A DNA stretch of 64,000 nucleotides, taken from assembly GCF_988242995.1 (NCBI RefSeq), contig NZ_OZ547043.1; one strand, 5' to 3'. The translations under genes were made by a program, and so were the position numbers. Positions 11,762 to 22,656 of the stretch are shown one piece after another. Below the pieces are notes generated by a model. That model searched no databases, was not told the origin of the DNA, and saw only the letters and a list, made by a program, of their open reading frames with translations. Position 1 is the first letter of the stretch. Each line of letters starts with the position of its first letter.

Positions 11762-12634
11762 ATGTGTACAACATGCGGTTGCGGTGAAGGCAACCTGTAT
11801 ATCGAGGGTGATGAACATAACCCTCATTCCGCGTTTCGTAGCGCGCCATTTGCCCCGGCGGCACGCCCGAAGATGAAAATCACCGGCATTAAAGCGCCTG
11901 AATTTACCCCCAGCCAGACTGATGAAGGCGACCTGCATTACGGTCATGGCGTAGCGGGCACACACGCGCCGGGCATGAGCCAGCGTCGAATGCTGGAAGT
12001 TGAAATTGACGTGCTGGACAAAAACAACCGTCTGGCTGAACGCAACCGCGCGCGCTTTGCTGCCCGCAAGCAACTGGTGCTCAACCTGGTTTCCAGCCCT
12101 GGTTCCGGTAAAACCACCCTGCTGACGGAAACCTTAATGCGCCTGAAAGACAGCGTTCCGTGCGCAGTTATTGAAGGCGACCAGCAAACCGTGAACGATG
12201 CCGCGCGCATTCGTGCTACCGGCACACCAGCGATTCAGGTGAACACCGGTAAAGGCTGCCATCTTGACGCACAGATGATTGCCGACGCCGCGCCGCGCCT
12301 GCCACTGGACGATAACGGTATTCTGTTTATCGAAAACGTCGGCAACCTCGTATGCCCGGCCAGCTTCGATCTCGGTGAAAAACACAAAGTGGCGGTGCTT
12401 TCCGTTACCGAAGGTGAAGACAAACCGCTGAAATATCCGCATATGTTTGCCGCAGCTTCGCTGATGCTGCTCAACAAAGTTGACTTGCTGCCGTATCTCA
12501 ACTTTGACGTTGAGAAGTGCATCGCCTGCGCCCGCGAAGTCAATCCAGAAATTGAAATCATCCTTATTTCCGCCACCAGCGGCGAAGGGATGGACCAGTG
12601 GCTGAACTGGCTGGAGACACAGCGATGTGCATAG
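11762..12634 (+). CDS. hypB: Hydrogenase maturation GTPase / nickel-binding protein
   Basis: 290-aa ORF; N-terminal CTTCGCGEG motif, P-loop GSGKTT. Confidence 0.93.
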   Translation: MCTTCGCGEGNLYIEGDEHNPHSAFRSAPFAPAARPKMKITGIKAPEFTPSQTDEGDLHYGHGVAGTHAPGMSQRRMLEVEIDVLDKNNRLAERNRARFAARKQLVLNLVSSPGSGKTTLLTETLMRLKDSVPCAVIEGDQQTVNDAARIRATGTPAIQVNTGKGCHLDAQMIADAAPRLPLDDNGILFIENVGNLVCPASFDLGEKHKVAVLSVTEGEDKPLKYPHMFAAASLMLLNKVDLLPYLNFDVEKCIACAREVNPEIEIILISATSGEGMDQWLNWLETQRCA

Positions 12635-12897
12635 GCGTTCCCGGCCAGATCCGCACCATTGACGGCAACCAGGCGAAAGTCGACGTCTGCGGCATTCAGC
12701 GCGACGTCGATTTAACGTTAGTCGGCAGCTGCGATGAAAACGGTCAGCCACGCGTGGGCCAGTGGGTACTGGTTCACGTTGGCTTTGCCATGAGCGTAAT
12801 TAATGAAGCCGAAGCGCGCGACACTCTCGACGCCTTACAAAACATGTTTGACGTTGAGCCGGATGTCGGTGCGCTGTTGTATGGCGAGGAAAAATAA
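12625..12897 (+). CDS. hypC: Hydrogenase maturation chaperone
   Basis: Start at [11 protein letters not shown] (90 aa), the conserved HypC N-terminus; 10-nt overlap with hypB. Confidence 0.92.
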   Translation: MCIGVPGQIRTIDGNQAKVDVCGIQRDVDLTLVGSCDENGQPRVGQWVLVHVGFAMSVINEAEARDTLDALQNMFDVEPDVGALLYGEEK

Positions 12898-14018
12898 TGC
12901 GTTTTGTTGATGAATATCGCTCGCCGGAACAGGTGATGCAGTTAATTGAGCATCTGCGCGAACGTGCTTCACATCTCTCTTACACCGCCGAACGCCCTCT
13001 GCGGATTATGGAAGTGTGCGGTGGTCATACCCACGCCATTTTTAAATTCGGCCTCGACCAGTTGCTGCCGGAAAACGTTGAGTTTATCCACGGTCCCGGT
13101 TGCCCGGTGTGTGTACTGCCGATGGGTAGAATCGACACCTGCGTGGAGATTGCCAGCCATCCGGAAGTCATCTTCTGTACCTTTGGCGACGCCATGCGCG
13201 TGCCGGGGAAACAGGGATCGCTGTTGCAGGCAAAAGCACGCGGTGCCGATGTGCGCATCGTTTACTCGCCGATGGATGCGTTGAAACTGGCGCAGGAGAA
13301 TCCAACCCGCAAAGTGGTGTTCTTCGGCTTAGGTTTTGAAACCACCATGCCGACGACGGCCATCACTCTGCAACAGGCGAAAGCGCGTGATGTGCAGAAT
13401 TTTTACTTCTTCTGCCAGCATATTACGCTTATCCCGACGCTGCGCAGTTTGCTGGAACAGCCGGATAACGGTATCGACGCGTTTCTTGCGCCCGGTCACG
13501 TTAGTATGGTTATCGGCACTGATGCCTATAATTTTATCGCCAGCGATTTTCATCGTCCGCTGGTGGTCGCTGGTTTCGAACCCCTTGATCTACTGCAAGG
13601 CGTGGTGATGCTGGTGGAGCAGAAAATAGCGGCCCACAGCAAGGTAGAGAATCAGTATCGTCGGGTGGTGCCGGATGCCGGTAACCTGCTGGCGCAACAG
13701 GCGATTGCCGATGTGTTCTGTGTCAACGGCGACAGCGAATGGCGCGGCTTAGGCGTGATTGAATCTTCTGGTGTACACCTGACGCCGGATTATCAACGAT
13801 TCGATGCCGAAGCGCATTTCCGCCCGGCACCGCAGCAGGTCTGCGATGACCCGCGTGCGCGTTGTGGCGAAGTATTAACGGGCAAATGTAAGCCGCATCA
13901 ATGCCCGCTATTTGGTAACACCTGTAATCCTCAAACCGCGTTTGGTGCGCTGATGGTTTCCTCCGAAGGAGCGTGCGCCGCGTGGTATCAGTATCGTCAG
14001 CAGGAGAGTGAAGCGTGA
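12897..14018 (+). CDS. hypD: Hydrogenase maturation factor
   Basis: 373-aa ORF; CGGHTH and CPVC motifs. Confidence 0.93.
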   Translation: MRFVDEYRSPEQVMQLIEHLRERASHLSYTAERPLRIMEVCGGHTHAIFKFGLDQLLPENVEFIHGPGCPVCVLPMGRIDTCVEIASHPEVIFCTFGDAMRVPGKQGSLLQAKARGADVRIVYSPMDALKLAQENPTRKVVFFGLGFETTMPTTAITLQQAKARDVQNFYFFCQHITLIPTLRSLLEQPDNGIDAFLAPGHVSMVIGTDAYNFIASDFHRPLVVAGFEPLDLLQGVVMLVEQKIAAHSKVENQYRRVVPDAGNLLAQQAIADVFCVNGDSEWRGLGVIESSGVHLTPDYQRFDAEAHFRPAPQQVCDDPRARCGEVLTGKCKPHQCPLFGNTCNPQTAFGALMVSSEGACAAWYQYRQQESEA

Positions 14019-15025
14019 ATAATATCCAACTCGCCCACGGCAGCGGCGGCCAGGCGATGCAGCAATTAATCAACAGCCTGTTTATGGAAGCCTTTGCCAA
14101 CCCGTGGCTGGCAGAGCAGGAAGATCAGGCCCGTCTTGATCTGGCGCAGCTGGTAGCGGAAGGCGACCGTCTGGCGTTCTCCACCGACAGTTACGTCATT
14201 GACCCGCTGTTCTTTCCTGGCGGTAATATCGGCAAGCTGGCGATTTGCGGCACAGCCAATGACGTTGCGGTCAGTGGCGCTATTCCGCGCTATCTCTCCT
14301 GTGGCTTTATCCTCGAAGAAGGATTGCCGATGGAGACACTGAAAGCCGTCGTGACCAGCATGGCAGAAACCGCCCGCGCGGCAGGCATTGCCATCGTCAC
14401 TGGCGATACTAAAGTGGTGCAGCGCGGCGCGGCAGATAAACTGTTTATCAACACCGCTGGCATGGGCGCAATTCCGGCGAATATTCACTGGGGCGCACAG
14501 ACGCTAACCGCAGGCGATGTATTGCTGGTTAGCGGTACACTCGGCGACCACGGGGCGACTATCCTTAACCTGCGTGAGCAGCTGGGGCTGGATGGCGAAC
14601 TGGTCAGCGACTGTGCGGTACTAACGCCGCTTATTCAGACGCTGCGTGACATTCCCGGCGTGAAAGCGCTGCGTGATGCCACCCGTGGTGGTGTGAACGC
14701 GGTAGTTCATGAGTTCGCGGCAGCCTGCGGTTGCGGTATTGAAATTTCAGAAGCGGCACTGCCGGTTAAACCTGCTGTGCGCGGCGTTTGCGAACTGCTG
14801 GGACTGGACGCCCTTAACTTTGCCAACGAAGGCAAACTGGTGATCGCCGTTGAACGCAACGCGGCAGAGCAAGTGCTGGCAGCGTTACATTCCCATCCAC
14901 TGGGAAAAGACGCGGCGCTGATTGGTGAAGTGGTGGAACGTAAAGGTGTTCGTCTTGCCGGTCTGTATGGCGTGAAACGAACCCTCGATCTACCGCACGC
15001 CGAACCGCTTCCGCGTATATGCTAA
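14015..15025 (+). CDS. hypE: Hydrogenase maturation carbamoyl dehydratase
   Basis: 336-aa ORF ending in the conserved PRIC C-terminus. Confidence 0.93.
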   Translation: MNNIQLAHGSGGQAMQQLINSLFMEAFANPWLAEQEDQARLDLAQLVAEGDRLAFSTDSYVIDPLFFPGGNIGKLAICGTANDVAVSGAIPRYLSCGFILEEGLPMETLKAVVTSMAETARAAGIAIVTGDTKVVQRGAADKLFINTAGMGAIPANIHWGAQTLTAGDVLLVSGTLGDHGATILNLREQLGLDGELVSDCAVLTPLIQTLRDIPGVKALRDATRGGVNAVVHEFAAACGCGIEISEAALPVKPAVRGVCELLGLDALNFANEGKLVIAVERNAAEQVLAALHSHPLGKDAALIGEVVERKGVRLAGLYGVKRTLDLPHAEPLPRIC

Positions 15026-15098
15026 TAAAATTCTAAATCTCCTATAGTTAGTCAATGACCTTTTGCACCGCTTTGCGGTGCTTTCCTGGAAGAACAAA

Positions 15099-17177
15099 AT
15101 GTCATATACACCGATGAGTGATCTCGGACAACAAGGGTTGTTCGACATCACTCGGACACTATTGCAGCAGCCCGATCTGGCCTCGCTGTGTGAGGCTCTT
15201 TCGCAACTGGTAAAGCGTTCTGCGCTCGCCGACAACGCGGCTATTGTGTTGTGGCAAGCGCAGACTCAACGTGCGTCTTATTACGCATCGCGTGAAAAAG
15301 ACACCCCCATTAAATATGAAGACGAAACTGTTCTGGCACACGGTCCGGTACGCAGCATTTTGTCGCGCCCTGATACGCTGCATTGCAGTTACGAAGAATT
15401 TTGTGAAACCTGGCCGCAGCTGGCCGCAGGTGGGCTATACCCCAAATTTGGTCACTATTGCCTGATGCCACTGGCGGCGGAAGGGCATATTTTTGGTGGC
15501 TGTGAATTTATTCGTTATGACGATCGCCCCTGGAGCGAAAAAGAGTTCAATCGTCTGCAAACATTTACGCAGATCGTTTCTGTCGTCACCGAACAAATCC
15601 AGAGCCGCGTCGTCAATAATGTCGACTATGAGTTGTTATGCCGGGAGCGCGATAACTTCCGCATCCTGGTTGCCATTACCAACGCGGTGCTTTCCCGCCT
15701 GGATATGGACGAACTGGTCAGCGAAGTCGCCAAAGAAATCCATTACTACTTCGACATTGACGATATCAGCATCGTCTTACGCAGCCACCGTAAAAACAAA
15801 CTCAACATCTACTCCACTCACTATCTTGATAAACAGCATCCCGCCCACGAACAGAGCGAAGTCGATGAAGCCGGAACCCTCACCGAACGCGTGTTCAAAA
15901 GCAAAGAGATGCTGCTGATTAATCTCCACGAGCGGGACGATTTAGCCCCCTATGAACGCATGTTGTTCGACACCTGGGGCAACCAGATTCAAACCTTGTG
16001 CCTGTTACCGCTGATGTCTGGCGACACCATGCTGGGCGTGCTGAAACTGGCGCAATGCGAAGAGAAAGTGTTTACCACTACCAATCTGAATTTACTGCGC
16101 CAGATTGCCGAACGTGTGGCAATCGCTGTCGATAACGCCCTCGCCTATCAGGAAATCCATCGTCTGAAAGAACGGCTGGTTGATGAAAACCTCGCCCTGA
16201 CCGAGCAGCTCAACAATGTTGATAGTGAATTTGGCGAGATTATTGGCCGCAGCGAAGCCATGTACAGCGTGCTTAAACAAGTTGAAATGGTGGCGCAAAG
16301 TGACAGTACCGTGCTGATCCTCGGTGAAACTGGCACGGGTAAAGAGCTGATTGCCCGTGCTATCCATAATCTCAGTGGGCGTAATAATCGCCGCATGGTC
16401 AAAATGAACTGCGCGGCGATGCCTGCCGGATTGCTGGAGAGCGATCTGTTTGGTCATGAGCGTGGGGCTTTTACCGGTGCCAGCGCCCAGCGTATCGGTC
16501 GTTTTGAACTGGCGGATAAAAGCTCCCTGTTCCTCGACGAAGTGGGCGATATGCCACTGGAGTTACAGCCGAAGTTGCTGCGTGTATTACAGGAACAGGA
16601 GTTTGAACGTCTCGGCAGCAACAAAATCATTCAGACGGACGTGCGTCTAATCGCCGCAACTAACCGCGATCTGAAAAAAATGGTCGCCGACCGTGAGTTC
16701 CGTAGCGATCTCTATTACCGCCTGAACGTATTCCCGATTCACCTGCCGCCACTACGCGAGCGTCCGGAAGATATTCCGCTGCTGGCGAAAGCCTTTACCT
16801 TCAAAATTGCCCGTCGTCTGGGGCGCAATATCGACAGCATTCCTGCCGAGACGCTGCGCACCTTGAGCAACATGGAGTGGCCGGGTAACGTACGCGAACT
16901 GGAAAACGTCATTGAGCGCGCGGTATTGCTAACACGCGGCAACGTGCTGCAGCTGTCATTGCCTGATATTGCTTTACCGGAGCCTGAAACGCCGCCTGCC
17001 GCAACGGTTGTCGCCCAGGAGGGCGAAGATGAATATCAGTTGATTGTTCGCGTGCTGAAAGAAACCAACGGCGTGGTTGCCGGGCCTAAAGGCGCTGCGC
17101 AACGTCTGGGGCTGAAACGCACGACTCTGCTGTCACGGATGAAGCGACTGGGAATTGATAAATCGGCATTGATTTAA
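15099..17177 (+). CDS. fhlA: Formate hydrogenlyase transcriptional activator (sigma-54-dependent enhancer-binding protein)
   Basis: ORF 15063..17177; start taken at MSYTPMSDLG (692 aa); AAA+ motifs GETGTGKE and GAFTGA. Confidence 0.93.
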   Translation: MSYTPMSDLGQQGLFDITRTLLQQPDLASLCEALSQLVKRSALADNAAIVLWQAQTQRASYYASREKDTPIKYEDETVLAHGPVRSILSRPDTLHCSYEEFCETWPQLAAGGLYPKFGHYCLMPLAAEGHIFGGCEFIRYDDRPWSEKEFNRLQTFTQIVSVVTEQIQSRVVNNVDYELLCRERDNFRILVAITNAVLSRLDMDELVSEVAKEIHYYFDIDDISIVLRSHRKNKLNIYSTHYLDKQHPAHEQSEVDEAGTLTERVFKSKEMLLINLHERDDLAPYERMLFDTWGNQIQTLCLLPLMSGDTMLGVLKLAQCEEKVFTTTNLNLLRQIAERVAIAVDNALAYQEIHRLKERLVDENLALTEQLNNVDSEFGEIIGRSEAMYSVLKQVEMVAQSDSTVLILGETGTGKELIARAIHNLSGRNNRRMVKMNCAAMPAGLLESDLFGHERGAFTGASAQRIGRFELADKSSLFLDEVGDMPLELQPKLLRVLQEQEFERLGSNKIIQTDVRLIAATNRDLKKMVADREFRSDLYYRLNVFPIHLPPLRERPEDIPLLAKAFTFKIARRLGRNIDSIPAETLRTLSNMEWPGNVRELENVIERAVLLTRGNVLQLSLPDIALPEPETPPAATVVAQEGEDEYQLIVRVLKETNGVVAGPKGAAQRLGLKRTTLLSRMKRLGIDKSALI

Positions 17178-17221
17178 CAGATGTGGTTATACTCGATCAA
17201 CATTCAATGAAAGGAGGCAGT

Positions 17222-17650
17222 ATGGCAGTTTCAGCAAGAAATCAATTAACCGGAACAGTTAGCGCAGTAGCAATGGGCGCTGTGAATGATGAAGTAGAAC
17301 TGACGCTGGCAGGTGGTGCAAAGCTGGTGGCAATTGTGACTCACAGCAGCCAGCAAGCGCTGGGTCTGGCGAAAGGGAAAGAAGCGATTGCCCTGATTAA
17401 AGCCCCGTGGGTAACGCTGGCAACGGAAGACTGTGGACTGAAATTCTCTGCTCGCAACCAGTTTGCTGGCAGCGTGTCGACAATCACCGAAGGAGCAGTG
17501 AACGCCACTGTCCATATCAAAACGGATGCGGGTTTTGAAATTGTGGCAGTGGTAACAAATGAAAGTCAGGATGAAATGAAACTCACCACTGGCTCGCGCG
17601 TTATTGCATTGATCAAAGCATCAGCCATCCTGATTGCCACCAAAGCGTAA
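17222..17650 (+). CDS. Molybdate/molybdenum-pterin-binding protein, tandem TOBE (Mop) domains
   Basis: ORF 17183..17650; start at ATG 17222 behind AAGGAGG; two repeated ~70-aa TOBE-like halves (ARNQLTGTV... / ARNQFAGSV...). Confidence 0.7.
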   Translation: MAVSARNQLTGTVSAVAMGAVNDEVELTLAGGAKLVAIVTHSSQQALGLAKGKEAIALIKAPWVTLATEDCGLKFSARNQFAGSVSTITEGAVNATVHIKTDAGFEIVAVVTNESQDEMKLTTGSRVIALIKASAILIATKA

Positions 17651-17661
17651 GCGCCTTATTT

Positions 17662-17698
17662 GCCGGAGAGTATGGCTCTCCGGCAGATTTATTTCTTT
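17662..17698. terminator. Bidirectional rho-independent terminator between mop-like gene and ygbA
   Basis: Hairpin GCCGGAGAG-TATGG-CTCTCCGGC followed by T-rich run; overlaps ygbA stop codon. Confidence 0.6.
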
Positions 17699-18033
17699 GG
17701 ACGATATTTTTCTGGCAACTCCGGCACCGGACGCTTGTCATCGATGAGATGACGCACGGTTAAGATCGGATGACGCCACAGCATTCGCGGCCCAGCCCAA
17801 CGCATAATCTGTTTCATCTCTTCACGCTTTGCAGGCTGGTAACAGTGCACCGGACACTGCTTACAGGCTGGTTTCTCTTCGCCGAACACACATTTATCCA
17901 GCCGCTTTTGCGCGTAAGTAAACAACGCCTCATAATGCTCCGGCTCCGCTGACGCCTGCGGGCATTTCGCTTGATAAAGATCGATCATTTTTTTAATCGT
18001 CAGTTTTTCACGAGAGATACGCTTGCCGGACAT
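17689..18033 (-). CDS. ygbA: Nitrosative-stress inducible protein YgbA
   Basis: 114-aa ORF MSGKRISREKLTIKKMIDLYQAKCP... with CxxC pairs, matching YgbA. Confidence 0.88.
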   Translation of the reverse strand: MSGKRISREKLTIKKMIDLYQAKCPQASAEPEHYEALFTYAQKRLDKCVFGEEKPACKQCPVHCYQPAKREEMKQIMRWAGPRMLWRHPILTVRHLIDDKRPVPELPEKYRPKK

Positions 18034-18050
18034 GCTGCCTCCATCTCATT

Positions 18051-18079
18051 AAGATGCATTTATATTACAACTTAATCTT
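18051..18079. promoter_or_regulatory. Candidate NsrR operator upstream of ygbA
   Basis: AAGATGCATTT half-site (perfect) plus a degenerate partner half, 18-46 nt upstream of ygbA ATG. Confidence 0.4.
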
Positions 18080-18319
18080 AAAGGGCACTATGACTCTAAA
18101 GAAGAAGGGTTAGCCAACCGATACAATTTTGCGTACTTGCTTCATAAGCATCACGCAAAAGCTGCAAAACAGCATCTTTCCCGGAATCACCATCAAGAAC
18201 TCGCCGTTCGCTTCTTCCCCTGAAATGATTAACTCCGGTATCATGTGCGCCTTATGTGATTACAACGAAAATAAAAACCATCACACCCCATTTAATATCA
18301 GGGAACCGGACATAACCCC

Positions 18320-20881
18320 ATGAGTGCAATAGAAAATTTCGATGCCCATACGCCCATGATGCAGCAATATCTCAAGCTGAAAGCCCAGCATCCCGAGATC
18401 CTGCTGTTTTACCGGATGGGTGATTTTTATGAACTGTTTTATGACGACGCAAAACGCGCGTCGCAACTGCTGGATATTTCACTGACCAAACGCGGTGCTT
18501 CGGCGGGAGAGCCGATCCCGATGGCGGGGATCCCCTACCATGCGGTGGAAAACTACCTCGCCAAACTGGTGAATCAGGGCGAGTCCGTTGCCATCTGCGA
18601 ACAAATTGGCGATCCGGCGACCAGCAAAGGTCCAGTTGAGCGCAAAGTTGTGCGTATCGTTACGCCAGGCACCATCAGCGATGAAGCCCTGTTACAAGAG
18701 CGCCAGGACAATCTGCTGGCGGCTATCTGGCAGGACAGTAAAGGTTTCGGCTACGCGACGCTGGATATCAGTTCCGGTCGTTTTCGCCTGAGCGAACCGG
18801 CTGACCGGGAAACGATGGCGGCAGAACTGCAACGCACTAATCCGGCGGAACTGCTATATGCAGAAGATTTTGCTGAGATGTCGCTGATTGAAGGTCGTCG
18901 CGGTCTGCGCCGTCGTCCGCTGTGGGAGTTTGAAATCGACACCGCGCGCCAGCAGTTGAATCTGCAATTTGGCACCCGCGATCTGGTCGGTTTTGGCGTC
19001 GAGAACGCGCCGCGCGGACTTTGTGCTGCCGGTTGTCTGTTGCAGTATGCGAAAGATACCCAACGTACGACTCTGCCGCATATTCGTTCTATCACTATGG
19101 AACGTGAGCAGGACAGCATCATTATGGATGCCGCGACGCGTCGTAACCTGGAAATTACCCAGAACCTGGCGGGCGGTGCGGAAAACACGCTGGCTTCAGT
19201 GCTCGACTGCACTGTAACGCCGATGGGTAGTCGTATGCTGAAACGCTGGCTGCATATGCCAGTGCGCGATACCCGCGTGTTGCTTGAGCGCCAGCAAACT
19301 ATTGGCGCATTGCAGGATTTCACCGCCGAGCTACAGCCGGTGCTGCGTCAGGTCGGCGACCTGGAACGTATTCTGGCGCGTCTGGCTTTACGAACTGCTC
19401 GCCCACGCGATCTGGCCCGTATGCGTCACGCTTTCCAGCAACTGCCGGAGCTGCGTGCGCAGTTAGAAAATGTCGATAGCGCTCCGGTACAGGCGCTACG
19501 TGAAAAAATGGGCGAGTTTGCCGAGCTGCGCGATCTGCTGGAGCGGGCAATCATCGACACACCGCCAGTGCTGGTACGCGACGGTGGTGTTATCGCATCG
19601 GGCTATAACGAAGAGCTGGATGAGTGGCGCGCGCTGGCTGACGGCGCGACCGATTATCTGGAGCGTCTGGAAGTCCGCGAGCGTGAACGTACTGGCCTGG
19701 ACACGCTGAAAGTCGGCTTTAACGCGGTTCATGGTTATTACATTCAGATCAGCCGTGGACAAAGCCATCTGGCACCCATCAACTACATGCGTCGCCAGAC
19801 GCTGAAAAACGCCGAGCGCTACATCATTCCAGAGCTAAAAGAGTACGAAGATAAAGTTCTCACCTCAAAAGGCAAAGCACTGGCACTGGAAAAACAACTT
19901 TATGAAGAGCTGTTCGACCTGCTGTTGCCGCATCTGGAAGCGTTGCAACAGAGCGCGAGCGCGCTGGCGGAACTTGATGTGCTGGTTAACCTGGCGGAAC
20001 GGGCCTATACCCTGAACTACACCTGCCCGACCTTCATTGATAAACCGGGTATTCGCATCACCGAAGGTCGCCATCCGGTGGTTGAACAGGTACTGAACGA
20101 GCCATTTATCGCCAACCCGCTGAACCTGTCGCCGCAGCGTCGCATGTTGATCATTACCGGTCCGAATATGGGCGGTAAAAGTACCTATATGCGCCAGACC
20201 GCACTGATTGCGCTGATGGCCTACATCGGCAGCTATGTACCGGCACAAAAAGTCGAGATTGGACCTATCGACCGTATCTTCACCCGCGTAGGGGCAGCGG
20301 ATGATCTGGCATCCGGGCGTTCAACCTTTATGGTGGAGATGACCGAAACCGCCAATATTCTGCATAACGCCACCGAGTACAGTCTGGTGCTGATGGATGA
20401 GATTGGGCGCGGGACGTCCACTTACGATGGTCTGTCGCTGGCGTGGGCGTGCGCGGAAAATCTGGCGAATAAGATTAAAGCGTTGACGTTGTTTGCCACC
20501 CACTATTTCGAGCTGACCCAGTTACCGGAGAAAATGGAAGGCGTCGCCAACGTGCATCTCGATGCACTGGAGCACGGCGACACCATTGCCTTTATGCACA
20601 GCGTGCAGGATGGCGCGGCGAGCAAAAGCTACGGCCTGGCGGTTGCAGCTCTGGCGGGCGTGCCAAAAGAGGTTATTAAGCGCGCACGGCAAAAACTGCG
20701 TGAGCTGGAAAGCATTTCGCCGAACGCCGCCGCGACACAGGTCGATGGCACGCAGATGTCGCTGCTTTCAGTGCCGGAAGAAACCTCGCCAGCGGTCGAA
20801 GCACTGGAAAATCTCGACCCGGATTCACTGACTCCGCGTCAGGCGCTGGAATGGATTTATCGCTTGAAGAGTCTGGTGTAA
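18320..20881 (+). CDS. mutS: DNA mismatch repair protein MutS
   Basis: 853-aa ORF; [25 protein letters not shown]...; Walker [10 protein letters not shown]. Confidence 0.97.
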   Translation: MSAIENFDAHTPMMQQYLKLKAQHPEILLFYRMGDFYELFYDDAKRASQLLDISLTKRGASAGEPIPMAGIPYHAVENYLAKLVNQGESVAICEQIGDPATSKGPVERKVVRIVTPGTISDEALLQERQDNLLAAIWQDSKGFGYATLDISSGRFRLSEPADRETMAAELQRTNPAELLYAEDFAEMSLIEGRRGLRRRPLWEFEIDTARQQLNLQFGTRDLVGFGVENAPRGLCAAGCLLQYAKDTQRTTLPHIRSITMEREQDSIIMDAATRRNLEITQNLAGGAENTLASVLDCTVTPMGSRMLKRWLHMPVRDTRVLLERQQTIGALQDFTAELQPVLRQVGDLERILARLALRTARPRDLARMRHAFQQLPELRAQLENVDSAPVQALREKMGEFAELRDLLERAIIDTPPVLVRDGGVIASGYNEELDEWRALADGATDYLERLEVRERERTGLDTLKVGFNAVHGYYIQISRGQSHLAPINYMRRQTLKNAERYIIPELKEYEDKVLTSKGKALALEKQLYEELFDLLLPHLEALQQSASALAELDVLVNLAERAYTLNYTCPTFIDKPGIRITEGRHPVVEQVLNEPFIANPLNLSPQRRMLIITGPNMGGKSTYMRQTALIALMAYIGSYVPAQKVEIGPIDRIFTRVGAADDLASGRSTFMVEMTETANILHNATEYSLVLMDEIGRGTSTYDGLSLAWACAENLANKIKALTLFATHYFELTQLPEKMEGVANVHLDALEHGDTIAFMHSVQDGAASKSYGLAVAALAGVPKEVIKRARQKLRELESISPNAAATQVDGTQMSLLSVPEETSPAVEALENLDPDSLTPRQALEWIYRLKSLV

Positions 20882-20886
20882 TAACA

Positions 20887-20915
20887 ATTCCCGATAGTCT
20901 TTTGCTATCGGGAAT
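20887..20915 (+). terminator. Possible mutS terminator hairpin
   Basis: ATTCCCGATAG-N7-CTATCGGGAAT inverted repeat directly after the mutS stop; weak U-tract. Confidence 0.35.
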
Positions 20916-20986
20916 ATTAACGACAACTGACGAATCAAATAAAAACACCCTGTATAATAGGAAATCTTATTTTACAGGGTAAAACC

Positions 20987-21643
20987 ATGCCATCTACACG
21001 CTATCAAAAAATTAATGCCCATCACTATCGTTATATATGGGCCGTTGGTGATATTCATGGTGACTATCAATTATTACAATCCCGCTTACATCAACTCTCT
21101 TTTTGCCCTGAAACCGACTTACTTATTTCTGTCGGCGATAATATTGATCGTGGGCCGGAGAGTCTTAACGTGCTGCGCCTGCTAAACCAGCCCTGGTTTA
21201 CATCGGTTAAAGGCAACCATGAAGCGATGGCGCTTGATGCATTCGAAACTGGCGATGGAAATATGTGGCTTGCCAGCGGCGGCGACTGGTTCTTTGAATT
21301 AAATGAGACGGAACAACAAGAAGCAATAAATCTGTTGCTGAAATTTCATCGCCTTCCACATATTATTGAAATCACTAACGACATAATAAAATATGTCATC
21401 GCACATGCAGATTATCCAGGGAATGAATATCTCTTTGGCAAAGAAATAGCGGAGAGAGAACTACTCTGGCCTGTTGATCGTGTGCAGAAATCGCTTAATG
21501 GCGAGTTACAACAAATAAACGGCGCTGATTATTTTATATTTGGACATATGATGTTTGATAACATTCAGACGTTCGCAAACCAGATTTATATTGATACCGG
21601 ATCGCCGAAAAGCGGGCGGCTGTCATTTTATAAAATAAAGTAG
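20987..21643 (+). CDS. pphB: Serine/threonine protein phosphatase 2
   Basis: 218-aa ORF with GDIHG and GDNIDRG metallophosphatase motifs. Confidence 0.92.
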   Translation: MPSTRYQKINAHHYRYIWAVGDIHGDYQLLQSRLHQLSFCPETDLLISVGDNIDRGPESLNVLRLLNQPWFTSVKGNHEAMALDAFETGDGNMWLASGGDWFFELNETEQQEAINLLLKFHRLPHIIEITNDIIKYVIAHADYPGNEYLFGKEIAERELLWPVDRVQKSLNGELQQINGADYFIFGHMMFDNIQTFANQIYIDTGSPKSGRLSFYKIK

Positions 21644-21693
21644 TCTCATGCTTCTTCTGTGAAGCATGAGTAACCCGGTGTTATTGCAGGCCA

Positions 21694-22461
21694 TTATTCA
21701 TTTTTCGCTACCAGCAAAAAGAGATCCTGCTTCGCCAGCGCGCGACTGGCACTCTCCGGCAAACCGTCGTCTGTAATAATCTGATCAAACTCGCTTAATG
21801 GTAACGCCAGCCATGTCGCCACCTGACCATATTTCGTCGCATCACAGACCAAAACTCGCTGGCGGCTGGCACTGGCAATCGCCCGTTTCACCGTGACTTT
21901 ATCTTCCGCTGGCGTAGAAATCCCCCGCACACTCCATGACGATGCAGAAATAAAAGCCTGATCAATCATCAGGCTGCGCAGCATGGTCGCAGCGGCTTCC
22001 CCGACACAGGAACGGTTTTCCCGACACACTGCACCGCCAGTGTGAATAATTGTGCAATTACTGTTGTCGAGCAAGTAGTCCGCAATAACGAAATCGTTTG
22101 TGACCACAGTCAGTGACTCCATGTGAATCAGATGCTGTGCTATCGCTAGCGTGGTCGTTCCCGCATCCAGATAGATACAACTTCCCGGCTGAACAAGACT
22201 TGCCGCCAGCTTGCCAATAGCCGCTTTTTGCGTCATTGCCAGCGCAGTTTTTACCTGATGAGAAGGTTCATGCGCCACGCGTCCCGGAGACTGGACGCCT
22301 CCGGACACCAGCACAACAGCTCCCTGCTGCTCCAGTTTTTGTAAATCCCGACGAATGGTCATATGTGACACATTCATTCTGTCCGTTAGTTCAGCAATAC
22401 TGACAATGCCTTTTTCAGCTACCATCTCAAGGATGATTTGGCGACGCTCTACGGGTATCAA
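21694..22461 (-). CDS. ygbI: DeoR-family transcriptional regulator
   Basis: ORF 21694..22491; N-terminal HTH; likely TTG start at 22461 giving 255 aa. Confidence 0.85.
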   Translation of the reverse strand: MIPVERRQIILEMVAEKGIVSIAELTDRMNVSHMTIRRDLQKLEQQGAVVLVSGGVQSPGRVAHEPSHQVKTALAMTQKAAIGKLAASLVQPGSCIYLDAGTTTLAIAQHLIHMESLTVVTNDFVIADYLLDNSNCTIIHTGGAVCRENRSCVGEAAATMLRSLMIDQAFISASSWSVRGISTPAEDKVTVKRAIASASRQRVLVCDATKYGQVATWLALPLSEFDQIITDDGLPESASRALAKQDLFLLVAKNE

Positions 22462-22656
22462 CTTTTGCTCCTTCCTTTGTCCTGCTGACATTCTACGCTA
22501 TTTGCCTGCGAAACGTGCGCGGCGCAACTAACACTTAGTTCACATAAAATAACACACAATGTTAATTTATGTGAATCAGCTCACCATATCGTTATCTTCC
22601 AGCGCTTATATTCACAATATCAAACAAAATATCACTTAAATTAACAAGGAGAGCAG

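Noticed and set aside
12134-12751. 205-aa minus-strand ORF
   Set aside because: Antisense to hypB; the sense-strand gene has clear GTPase motifs
18751-19323. 190-aa minus-strand ORF
   Set aside because: Antisense to mutS
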